Shown here: in pieces, positions 26,131 through 38,700 of the stretch
Layout: every line of letters starts with the position of its first letter
Numbering within the stretch: position 1 is the stretch's first letter
DNA from: the human T2T-CHM13v2.0 reference genome, Homo sapiens
Strand: one strand, 5' to 3'
DNA length: 64,000 nt
Assembly: GCF_009914755.1 (NCBI RefSeq)
Contig: NC_060935.1
Notes under the pieces: model-generated
The model's database searches: none
What the model was told of the DNA's origin: nothing
Seen by the model: only the letters and a program-made list of their open reading frames with translations
Program-made: the position numbers and the translations under genes

Positions 26131-27738
26131 TAACCATTTCTAAAATGATTCTTTAGATTTTTTTCAGCTTCTATTTGCAACCAAATTCCCTAAGCCCTTA
26201 TCTTTTCTATTCTGGTTTTCTTTTATTTAAATAAAAGAAACTTCCACATGGAAAATATGACTTGTAAGAAATAAGTCCAGAAGCAACCAAATAAGCCTAG
26301 AATACAGGAGCAATGAAAGGGAGGCAGCTCTTGCAAAATTTCTAGGAAGGAAATAACAACAAAAAGATACAAAAACTTAACTACGTGATTTTACAGTGCC
26401 CATGCCTATTATTTTATTAGCCAGTTAGGTAGTACAACAAAATCAGAGAAGAGTATGTGATTGTGTTTGTTCATTATTTTGGTCAACATAAATTACCTTT
26501 ATTAAAGAAGAATTAGGTTTACAATCAGATAAGGAAAATGTGTGGTAAGATATTAAAATAGAAAATGATAAAATTCTACAGGACATTGAGGTTGAACCTT
26601 ATAGTCAAGTGGATAGAACACTTTAAAAGGTAAAGGAAAAATAATAAATTCAATTGTCTGATTTTTAAAAATTAGTCATAAAAATAATGATACATTCACA
26701 AATCCCTATAAGCAAGAACTATTTAACTAAGCAAGCTGACATTGACATTCAGCTGATATTGGCAAACAGCAACAGAAACCTGACTATGGTGCATAGCGGG
26801 TTAGAAAACACAAGACTGTCCTTGTGTCTGTTTTTACACCTATGCAGCCTCACTTCACACATTCTCACAATACCCATCTTAGTTTAATCAGGCAACCTGT
26901 ACATTCACATTTCAGGAGTTTCTAGATCACCACAAAGGGCACTATTTTATGGAATGAGTGTAATTAAAGCATTCCATTATTATCATCTACATTTTCCTCT
27001 CTAGAAAATACAATTGTTTCATTTCAGTAAAGCCTGTGTGTGAAATGAAGAACAACCCGATGAATTCTTTGTACTCAGGAAATAAATATTACATATAAGC
27101 TTTTCTTTCCCTTTGGGAATTTCCCAGAATTAAGGAGGGCTTCTACTCTTCCTGGTCAGCTAGGAGAAATGCTGGTCAGTGAAGCAAACGCAAGACATTT
27201 AATTATTTTAACACAAGTTGGTAGCAGTAAAGGATAAGAAGAAAATACCGTCATTAGCTGAGAAGGCAGCACTCTTCCTCCAGCAAGAACTGATCACTCT
27301 CATAAAAATATAAATGAATTAATCAGGTAAAAAGTATGAGAGAACTGAAAAGGTGGTATCATGTGGTCCTCCATCATTTCTTTAGAAATGCATAAACTTT
27401 TCCAGTTAAAGAGTGATCAGGGAAAAGGGACTGAGGCTGGTGTGAAGAGAAACAAGTTCGAGACAAAACCTGAGGTCCTTAAGCAGGAAGACATTTTCTG
27501 TGTGTGCTCTAAAGCAACTTCTCACAGGTTTCTCCATTGTTGGAGCTGGACTGGAGAGAGACAAAGAAATGACTCACTCTAGATTCACACCGAAGAACAC
27601 CACCCTGGTTTCACATTTATTAGCAGGTGGTATTTTCCATGGTTAGGTAAGAGTATAGCTGTATTTTCTCCACTCTACTCTTTTTATTTTTTGACTCTTT
27701 GAAAGTATGCTAAACAGCATCCTAGCAATTATCAAAGC

Positions 27739-27826
27739 TCTGTGTGTTTGTGTGTGTGTATGTGTGTGTGCACGCGTGTGCATGCATCTGCCTGCTTGTA
27801 TGTATGAGTGCGATGCTATCTGTGTG
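27739..27826 (+). repeat. Degenerate (TG)n tract
   Basis: TGTGTG runs interrupted by GCACGCGTG. Confidence 0.8.
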
Positions 27827-29954
27827 TAAATACTCTTACAATGACACAGTACTTGACCATTGCTATCCTCCATGAGCCATATTTACAGGGAAGATTAATT
27901 AAGCAGAAGCCTAATTTTTATAAATAATCTATGTTCCTTTTACAACACAGGGGTTGTTTAGAGTTGCTGTGTGATCACACATTTGCAGCTTTATTCCTCA
28001 GATTTTAATGCTGAAACCAGGCTGTCATTAACACTTGCACTCTCTTATTCTGATAGAGTATAACAGTTTGCAGTTTAATTAAAGGGCTATTGGGGGTGGT
28101 AACAGTGAGAGGGGTGATGGTGTGGATTTTAGAACATCAGGGTATCCAATAGCCACAAACACCTGGTGCTATTTAAGTTGTACCTTTAACCAATTGCAGT
28201 TGGCAGCCATCAGAATACAAAAGAAGCCAGAAAGGGGAATAAATGACATATTTTAAAGAGTGAAGGGATTGATTTTTACATCAGTCACTTGAATGAGTGA
28301 TTCTCTCCAGAGGGTGCAGGGAGGAGGCTCCTGTCTAAATGCTAGGAGTGTCTATGGATTTGAATAATGGATTAGGAAGTGCCCAAACATCACGATTTTC
28401 AGATTTCTCCTGCTGAATCAGGACAGCTTGTCCAAAGCGTCAGGGAGAAAGCTATTCTTTACCTTGGAAACACTGCGACAGGGGGCCTGAATAATGACTT
28501 TTCAATAGGGAGAGAGTCCCCAAAGACCAATGTTGGATGAGTGTGAGTTACAATGATCAGAGGTAGTTTGCTTTAGGTGGGTGGGCCTTGGAGCACTTTC
28601 CTGCTTGTCATTTTTATTCCATTAGGGTGTGTGTGGGGGCAAGGAACTACAAATTCAGAATGCTTTGGGGAGAGCAGGTTGTGAGGGGAGGGCTGGGGGA
28701 GGGATCTTAATTATTTCCTTGACTAGATTGTTTAATGGTGCCATCCTTAGAGACCCCCTTGCTGCCAGCTTGTTACTCATTCCCAGAGTGAATATTACTT
28801 TAGTAGATAGAGTTCTGAAGTTTGTATGGCATCTGAATTGAAAAATAGGAAACATTTCTTTAAAAAATAATGACACTCTTCAGACTGCAAGAATTGGGAA
28901 TTCGTTAATATCCACTCCTATATCTTAGGAAATAATTACATATTAAGAACATGCTACAGGGACCAATGTAAACAATCAAGGCCTCTAACACATTCTTTGA
29001 AAATAAAATATACATATACCTTTACCTTGACCAAATAGGGGAAAAGGTGAGCAGAAAGGTCAGATGTTTGGCAAGAAGAGGAGTAAGTAATTGAGTGGGA
29101 GGGGGAGCATAACCAAGTCATTTTCCTCATCAGTGAACAGCACCAAACAGTTGGAGGATGGAAGCCGACAGTGTTTTTAAAACAAAAAGCAGAGTGAGTA
29201 GCCATACGTGAGGCTATGTAAACAGGACACTTTTGATCCCAGGATTTAACAAAGACAGTGCCAGAAAAATGAGTCACTCAAGCACTGCCACAAAAGCCAA
29301 GGATGAGGTTGGGGCTGAGTCATCTCATATTCAGATCTAAACTCATGTCTCTGCCTCCTTGTCCAGGTCCCCTGCTTTGGGCAGATGAAATGGAATCCTA
29401 GCTGTGTCTCCTCTCAACATGGACTGGGTGGATAAATAAGCCAGAAAATTCAGGATTTTTGAAAATTACTTTAACTGTAACTTTTCTCACTGAATTAGTC
29501 AACCCTTCTTTTCAGGTTGGTATCTACATTTGGGTACAAACTGTACTGAAAATGATAGCATACTCCAAGGACTCCTCAATAATAAACTCAAGGAATTATC
29601 TACATGCACCTCTGGCCAAATCACCATAATTTGGTGAATAAAAATGTCTACAGAGAACACCTTTCCTCTGCCTCCCTCAGAAAGTCCTTGCATCTTGAAG
29701 AGCTGACTTTGGTCTCTGACTTCTAGGTTTAATGCTAGGCTTCGTCAGCCAATGTGCCTAAGACAAGTCATTGGCTAAGACACACGCATGACCTTCAAAG
29801 AACTAATAGGCTTTTTGGTAAGATAAGCTATAGAAACATATAACCTTCAAAGATAACAGTTAAGTAAAATATTTTATTTTGATTCTGTGAATGAATGTAT
29901 AGACAATATTGTAGAAGTGGCAAGGAGAACATTTAAAATAGATACAATATATAA

Positions 29955-29959
<5 letters not shown>

Positions 29960-29997
<38 letters not shown>
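29960..29997 (+). repeat. (CA)n microsatellite
   Basis: About 18 CA units. Confidence 0.95.
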
Positions 29998-31857
29998 AAT
30001 ACAGAAGATTTATGTGCCTGTGTATGTTTAGTCTGAGATGTATTTCAAAAGGAAGATGGATGATCCTGAATCTCTTCGAAATGAGTGGCATTTAGATAGG
30101 TAGAAAGAAAGAAGGAAGAGATTCTATTCACACTGAAACACAGGTAAGCCTTTAGTGCAAAGACAATACTTGTCTTGACTCACATTTAAGTAGGATGCAA
30201 GGCAGTTAAAAACATTCCTTGAATCCCCACAACTCCTTGCAAACTTTATACATAGACACTCTTGAGGATGGCCAACATAACACATTAGTAGAAGAATCAG
30301 AATTTGCAGCCAAGTGTTTCCTGACTTCAACACCCACAGTGTTGACACTGCGTGTACTAGATTAAGGTAGATAGTTTGAGAAACTGGCAGCTTCGACTTT
30401 CTCAATGACTTAAAAGCATGTAGTAAAGTCAAGTAGGCGGCAGACGTGCATGTCATTAGAGAATTTTTACGTGCTCAGAATTAAAACATAGAATGTTTAC
30501 TTAAATTTAGAAACAATTTTCATACATGTGCTTTCATTTGTTCTTTTAATTCCAAAATCAAATACTGTCAACCATCATAACTTTAGTGAGAATTCAATCA
30601 AGGCTAAAGAATCACCTCTTTCAGCAAGCCTAATGACTTTCACCTTAGTCTCTACTGTATTAAGATAAGGGAAACTACTATTTTATTTCTAGCCTCTACC
30701 TTTGTTTTTCCTTTATTTTTTTAAATTTAAAGGCAAAACATAAACACTTAATTACACAGACACCATTGCCATAGTTGGTGACATGGATCAAACTGTTTTG
30801 TTGGCCAGAGAAAACAACACCTGCATGGGACAGTTAAATGTTCGTTTGGGAGTTGCCCTGTGGAAGTCCCAGTGTTGGGTGTATAAAGAAGCCTCAGGTT
30901 GTCAAACAATGCACATGTGAAAAAGTAAGGGTTGCAAAGATCTACAGTAATGCTAGTGTTGGTTTTTATAAAATGAGTCCCTGCATTTTTAACATTCTGG
31001 AAATGTAGAAAGTAATTTATTATTTTTCAACATAGAATAATTTTGAATTAATTCACTCATGAAAGATACTCTGTTGAGCATGTAATCCTAAACAAAACAG
31101 GGTTCCTGCCTGTAAGTGTTTCTCCAAATTAGAATTTAAAAATATGTTTACATTATGTTTGGCAAATGATATGTTGCATATATCAATTAACGGAATTATA
31201 TTTTTGCAGATTTTGTATGATATTTGAATTCTACTTTTTTGGTACCCTTGGTAGACAAATGGCTCCCCTGGAGCAATAAAACTGCCTTGGGATAGTTGAG
31301 TTGGAGATAAATAATACACTGTATGAAAAAAAATTCTAAAGAAATAGTATAAATAGTTCTGGTCTGTCTAAAGTGAAATAGCTATGACCTGCACTCACAG
31401 TAGGACAAGAAAACAACTTCAGGAACAGAAGTATTTTTTACATTTATATTCTGAGGAATCTTTATTATTAATAGTGACCTATATTTTTATTACCCAAGGC
31501 TAAATATCTCTGTATATCTACCTTTTGACCATATTTCCAGAAAAGTACAGATGTAGATATGTATGTAAATATATGTAGGAGGTATGAATTTCAGTCCACA
31601 ATCAGAAGAAGCAGGAGATATCATAGTTTTTTTTTTTCTCTTTAAAGTAGATTTAATACCTCAGAGTTCTCACCAGTGAAATATAGGAATTTCACTTTGA
31701 GTAAATTTGGGTTATCTTCTTACCAGGATTTAAATATGGAGGTGACTGAAATCTTAATTGATGGAGGCTATCATTTTAAAAATTGCTCCTGTTACCCTAT
31801 AATGCTGTGGTCAATTGACAGTACCTGCCCTCTGGCTCTTGAAAACTGATGTTCTTC

Positions 31858-32692
31858 CAGCTTTGCAACAACATAGATGATCCTGGTGGACATTATGCTA
31901 CATGAAACAAAACAGGCACAGAAAGACAAATACCGTATGAACTCACTTATATGTGAAATTAAAGTGTAAGTCATAGAAACGGGGTAGAAGCGTGGTTACA
32001 AGGAGTTGGGGAAGTGGGAAAAATGAAAAGATATTGGTCAAAGGATAGAAACTTCTAAATATGTGATAATTTTTGAGACTTAATATGCAGCATAGTGAGT
32101 ACGGTCATCATGTATACAATAATGTATTACATACTTGAAATTTGCTAAGAGAGTAGATCTTAAGTATTCTTACCACACACATACACATAAAAGGTAACTA
32201 TATGAGGTGATGGGTATGTTAATTAGCTTGATCATGGTAATCCTTTTACAATGTATACATATATCAAAACATCACTTTGAGTACTTTAAATATACAATCA
32301 CGCATTGCTCAGCTACAGACATGCGTTCTGAGACATTTGTCTTTAGTTGATTTTGTCTTTGCACAAACATCATCATGTGTACTTTCACAAACCTAGATGG
32401 TATAGTCTACCACACACCTATACTATATGGTATAGCCTATTGTTCCTAGGCTATAAACCTGTACAACATGCCACTTTACTGAAGGTTACAGGCAATTGTA
32501 ACACAATGGTAAGTATTTGTGCATCTAAGCATATCTAACATAGAAAGGGTATGATAAAAATACGATATGAAAATCTTCTGAGACCACTATTATATGTACA
32601 GTCTCTCATTGACCAAAACATCTTTATGCAGTACATGGAGTATATAATTTTCATTTGTCAATTATACTTCAATTAAGCTGGAAAAAAAAAAA
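31858..32692 (+). mobile_element. L1MA9/L1MB-like 3' end, interrupted by Tigger3a
   Basis: TTTGCAACAACATAGATG..ACTTGAAATTTGCTAAGAGAGTAGATCTTAAG; resumes after the Tigger with TTTGTCAATTATACTTCAATTAAGCTGG and poly(A). Confidence 0.88.
32295..32641 (+). mobile_element. Tigger3a (MER7A) TcMar DNA transposon
   Basis: ACAAACCTAGATGGTATAG..GGCAATTGTAACACAATGGTAAGTATTTGTG..TTGACCAAAACATC; TA on both sides. Confidence 0.9.
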
Positions 32693-34697
32693 CCAGAACA
32701 AACAAAACTTCTGATCTAAGCTGGTTCTGAGATGACCCTTACATAATCTTTCCTATTGGCCTGATAGTCCACATCTGGGATGCAGGGACGTGCCACCAGC
32801 CACCCTGTCTCTGTCTCCTCCTTAATCTAAGAAGAGGTTAAAACTTCCTTTCTTGGATGGAAGCTTCTACCTCCCTTACCTCCACTATTCAAAGCACTTC
32901 TTTCCATCCATCCCCCTCATCTTCTCCTTTTTGGGCCTTTAGAAATACAGAAACATTCTTAATTTCCTCTGTTATATAAATAACTTACATGCTACATAAC
33001 TTGGAAGTTTATTTCTCACTAACCCTATTGTGAAAAATATTTGAGGAAGTTTTCTCTATTGAACAATGCCACGCAAGCTATGAATGTACATTAGATCAGT
33101 GTACATCTGAGCATGCAATACTTAGAATTTATTTTTAACTATGTCTGACAAGGTAAATCAATTATATTCCAGTCATTTAAAATGATTATTTAATCCAACA
33201 ATCACAATTTTGTTGACTTGAGTTCCTTATAAGCTTTCCTATCATTTCCCTCCCTTCTATTTCCTGGTCAGAGATTAGGCACTGGACAAGCTCATGTGAT
33301 AGGTATTTTTTTTTCTTAAATGAATGCTTTGTAATTGAATCACCCAGAAAATTAATTAAAACGATCAAACTTCTTGGTGTCAGATAGACATATCCCTTTT
33401 CAAATATCATTTGATAGTAGATATGAGGCATCTCAAAGACTTACGGTAGAGAAAAGAAAAAGTGGTTGTTAAAATAGCCTTGTACAGTCACTATGAACAG
33501 AATTTTTAACACAAAAACATACAAGGAGTATGATGTTTACAATCCACAAAGATGCTTTAAATAGAACATTTCTGTAATGCAACATCTTGTGTTTTCATAT
33601 TTCCCATCATATTCAAAAATATTCTTCAACATAAAGAAAAAGTCCAATATATTTGCATAGTAAGAAGAGTTGAAAACATCAGATAATATTAAGAAACTGA
33701 AATAATAATATACAGTGCTTTTATTTCTATATATTCTAAAAGTGGGTGTTTATACTTATAAATTGATATATAAAGAGTTACTATCAAATTCATATTTAAA
33801 AAAATAAAAATACCAATGCTCTGTTTAAATGCTGGCATCAAAAGGATTAAGCTATAATTATTTTCTTGAGGACTTGTGGGTTTCGAAGTGATACATAGGC
33901 TTATATACAATTATATATAGACAGGGAAAAAGACTAAGCAAAGTAGTAAAAAATTATAATGAATCTAGTAATAGCTAAAAAATTAAGGCCTTGTTTGTAC
34001 ATCTATAGATAAGCAAACTTCACTTTTTAAAATGATATCTTGCTTTCTTTAGAATCACTTATACTCAAAATGATTAAGCATTTTAATTTTTGTAGTTACA
34101 TTTGCATTTTATCCATGTTACACTTCCTTGCAGAAATAACAGTCTTGGGGAGAGGGAGAAGTGGTTTGGGGCTGCTTCAGGCAGCATTTTCCTCATTTAT
34201 TTGATAAATATTTATTGTGTTAGTTACTAAGCATACAGCTGTGAATAAGACACAGTTTAATCCCTCACACAATCAAAACCAGGTCATTATTAAATTAACA
34301 ATGATTATGCTTCAAAGCATATATAGACACCATTTCTTGATTTTGAATTAACCAATTGTTTTTCCCGGATGTGCATACTGGAACACATAAGTACACAGAC
34401 ATTTTATTTCTAGCAGTAATCTTGGCTATACATTAACTCTTTCACTACATATTATGCATGTCTTATTATCTCCATGGTTTTATTATTTAAGGAAACCTAG
34501 ATGATTCTTCTAAAGGTAACTGGATAATTCAAATAAGAAAATTCAACAAAAGTTGAAAAGGGATATTTTACATTTAAAAATGGGTCATAGTCAGTTTATT
34601 GTCTACTCCTAAAGTTCAGTTTAAAAAGGTAATTCTTTTCTTTTTTTTTTAAGATTGAACAAAACTATTTATTAGGTTTTATACATATTTGTTCCAA

Positions 34698-35442
34698 TTT
34701 TTTTATTATACTTTAATCTTTAGGGTACATGTGCACAACGTGCAGGTTAGTTACATATGTATACATGTGCCATGTTGGTGTGCTGCACTCATTAACTCGT
34801 CATTTAACATTAGGTATATCTCCTAATGCTATCCCCCCCCCCCCCCCCACCCCACAACAGGCCCGGGTGTGTGATGTTCCCCTTCCTGTGTCCATGTGTT
34901 CTCATTGTTCAGTTCCCACCTATGAGTGAGAACATGCGGTGTTTGGTTTTTTGTCCTTGCGATAGTTTGCTGAGAATGATGGTTCCCAGCTTCATCCATG
35001 TCCCTACAAAGGACATGAACTAATCATTTTTTATGGCTGCATAGTATTCCATGGTGTATATGTGCCATATTTTCTTTATCCAGTCTATCATTGTTGAACA
35101 TTTGGCTTGGTTCCAAGTCTTTGCTATTGTGAATAGTGCCTCAATAAATATACGTGTGCATCTGTCTTTACAGCAGCATGATTTATAATCCTTTGGGTAT
35201 ATACCCAGTAATGGGATGGCTGGGTCAAATGGTATTTCTAGTTCTAGATTCTTGAGGAATCGCCACACTGACTTCCACAATGGTTGAACTAGTTTACAGT
35301 CTCACCAACAGTGTAAAGGTGTTCCTATTTCTCCACATCCTCTCCAGCACCTGTTGTTTCCTGACTTTTTAATGATTGCCATTCTAACTGGTGTGAGATG
35401 GTATCTCATTGTGGTTTTGATTTGCATTTCTCTGATGGCCAA

Positions 35443-35445
<3 letters not shown>
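34698..35445 (-). mobile_element. L1PA4-like 3' portion (non-inverted part of a 5'-inverted L1)
   Basis: TTTTTTTATTATACTTTAA tail, 3' UTR, ORF 35020..35280 is the ORF2 C-terminus. Confidence 0.97.
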
Positions 35446-36084
<639 letters not shown>

Positions 36085-36600
36085 TAAAGTAGTCTGTGAT
36101 AAAAAACATCCAGGTCTAATCTACTCTTCATACAAAAAATTCACCTGAGTTCCCTAGATTGAAACTTGCTATTAAGTAACTGTCTACATTTGGAAATATG
36201 TCCAATAAACTGCAAGGCCATGACTTTGAAAGACTCAACACGTGGTCTTTCCTTAGGTGAAATCAACTCTACTCTAGAACTGATTGCAATTCTGGTACCC
36301 TCAGACAGGGTAAATATGTGTTAGTTAATTATGATCATTCATTCATGTTTTTATGTGTTCAACGGTTCATCAAATGATTACTAAGTGCCTACTATGTGAT
36401 AGGCGTCATGCCATAACTAGGTAATGCAATAGTAAACCGAGTAATTTTCTTACTGTCACGCAGTTTGCATTGAAAAGTTTAATTGTAGAGAATAGCTATG
36501 ACAGGCAATGTTTCTACAATATTTCAAGTGTTTTTTTCTTATCTCTTTGTGCACATAAATGTTACTGTCTCATATGTTTTTTATCAAAACAGTCATCAAG

Positions 36601-36769
36601 CCCCAGTGTGTGATGGTCCCCTTCCTGTGTCCAAGTGTTCTCATTGTTCAATTCCCACCTATGAGTGATAACATGTACCCTAGAACTTAAAGTATAATTA
36701 AAGAAAAAGAAAAAAAAAACTACATGAAAAATAAATTTAAAAAAACATTTGAACTATAAAAAAAAAAAA
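36601..36769 (+). mobile_element. Tiny 5'-inverted L1PA insertion with two A tails and TSD
   Basis: Minus-strand L1 3' UTR 36601-36675 joined through shared ACATG to plus-strand ACATGTACCCTAGAACTTAAAGTATAAT; TCATCAAG at 36593-36600 and 36770-36777. Confidence 0.92.
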
Positions 36770-37202
36770 TCATCAAGTCACCAAGAGTGACACTGCATAT
36801 GTATTCTGATAGACTAAGTTACATGAATATCTTTTTGTTTGATTAGTTGTTAAAACTTATGAAGTACTTTAAGTGAAATGAGTATCAGCAAAATAGTTGA
36901 TAATTCTATGGAGAACTTTTTAGCCAAAGCATTAACTCATACATTTTGATTTTATGTCAATAACATCATTTGTTGTTGTCTCCTAAAGTTTTTGGCTTTG
37001 TTTTGTTATGCTTTTGAAGAGGAATTATGGGGACATTATCAGGTGTATCTTAGTCGTTGTTTAAACTTATTTAATTTGTATCAAGGGCAATCTTTCATAG
37101 AATTTTGTTTAAAGAGAAAGTAGTCCTGCTTCTCAGAATGAACGAATTGCTTTTAGAGTTTATATACAAAATGGGGAGGAATAATTTTCAGAAATAAAAT
37201 GA

Positions 37203-37230
37203 GTGTGTGTGTGTGTGTGTGTGTGTGTGT
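37203..37230 (+). repeat. (GT)n microsatellite
   Basis: 14 GT units. Confidence 0.95.
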
Positions 37231-37423
37231 ACACAGAGAAAGAGGAATTCACTTATTCTCTTATGTTTTAGTTCTGAAATTAGTATTGCTATTATTTTGG
37301 GGTTTTCTTCTGGGGAAAAATTACTTAGTACCAATTTTTAAATACTTATGAATGAAAGTCACATTCAATTAATAGATATTTTACCCTAACTGATTTCAAA
37401 TATATCTGTAGGATAGTTAATGA

Positions 37424-37553
37424 TAAGGTGATCATACCAGTTTTCCTAGAAAAGCTCCAATTTATATCAGTATTTTCAGAGTAATTATGAAATGTGTCTT
37501 TTTAAATTCTTAAAACCATCCTTATTTGGGCAATGAATCTTATGGTCATCTTA
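37424..37553. mobile_element. MER94-like hAT-Blackjack element
   Basis: Terminal inverted repeats TAAGGTGATCATA ... TATGGTCATCTTA; ~130 bp. Confidence 0.65.
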
Positions 37554-37944
37554 CTAGTGAGAGACTGGGGAAGTTAAAAGAAAGGTTTAATCTGAAAAAT
37601 TAAATTCTATATAATTTTATCTTTTGTGCAAAAGAGAAGAAAGAAATTGCTGATGATCCACAAAAGAATAACTTAGCTGAGTTTTAATTGGGAGGAATGT
37701 TTTCTACATAGAAACTTCTAGATTGATGCTCTGATCTGCATAATTACCAACATACATTTTGGTGAAAGCAAGTAACGGTGAGAGGAGAATCATTTGAGGC
37801 CAAAATTTTGGGATTGCTAGTCCCAAAAGTTCAATCCTATAATTAAGTTCATATATAATACCATGTCTTCCTAAACAAAATAAAACAAAACCAGAAGTGG
37901 CACTGTTGAATCTTAAAACTTCCCAGTCACAGGAAGATGCTGCA

Positions 37945-38095
37945 TGATGAGATGGTGAAGGTAGGGGAATCAGAACCTAGATTTTAATCCTCACTTTGCC
38001 AATGGAAGTGGAGTTGGATAACTTTGGAAAATTACTTATCTCTTTGGGGCCTCAGTTTTTTCATCTTTTAAATGAAAAAGACTCCATCCAGAATT
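37945..38095 (+). mobile_element. MIR relic
   Basis: ACTTTGGAAAATTACTTATCTCTTTGGGGCCTCAGTTTTTTCATCTTTAAATG. Confidence 0.7.
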
Positions 38096-38504
38096 TTCAA
38101 TCTTTGTATGTGTGTTTGTGTGTGAGGGGCGGTGGGGGGGGGGGTGGTGTCAGAATATCTAGAAGCTCTTTCTTACAACTATATCTCAGGAGAATTCCTC
38201 AAGTGGGGGAAGTTGATTAAAGTGAGCTATATTGATTGAAAGTGAAGCAGGGGTACCTGGAACTCTGTCCTATTGGACTTCTCCTTACCTCCTATAGTAA
38301 CTTGTGAGAGCTCTAAGGAGCACAGATTTTTTTAAATGCTAGAAAAAAATAATAGCTAAAGGGCTTTCTTTATCAAAATTTCCTAGGCATGAAGATTTTA
38401 CTCTGTGCAAACACTAAAGTGTTCCACTGTTTTTCAATGGTTCATCAGGACCTCAACCACCATTCATAACTTTAAAACAATGGAAAGAAATTAACAGTTC
38501 TTCA

Positions 38505-38700
38505 GTGATTAATCATAATGAGGCATTGAGTTTATATAGCACTTATAAACTCACTATACACTATAGTGTATCTTTTATGTACCTCAACAGCAAATATAGA
38601 CGGTTGATAGGGAAAAAGGAAAGCATAATTATTTCTGCTTTACAGATGAGGAAACTGAGTCTCAAAAGTGTAAAGAAGTATGTGTCATGACAAACAACCA
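38505..38700 (-). mobile_element. MIR relic
   Basis: TTTACAGATGAGGAAACTGAGTCTCAAAAG core. Confidence 0.7.

Noticed and set aside
29485-30150. Acceptor-like CCCTTCTTTTCAG|G (~29515) and donor-like CAG|GTAAGC (~30144)
   Set aside because: The implied ~630-nt exon has no ORF and spans a CA repeat; it cannot be supported without transcript data.
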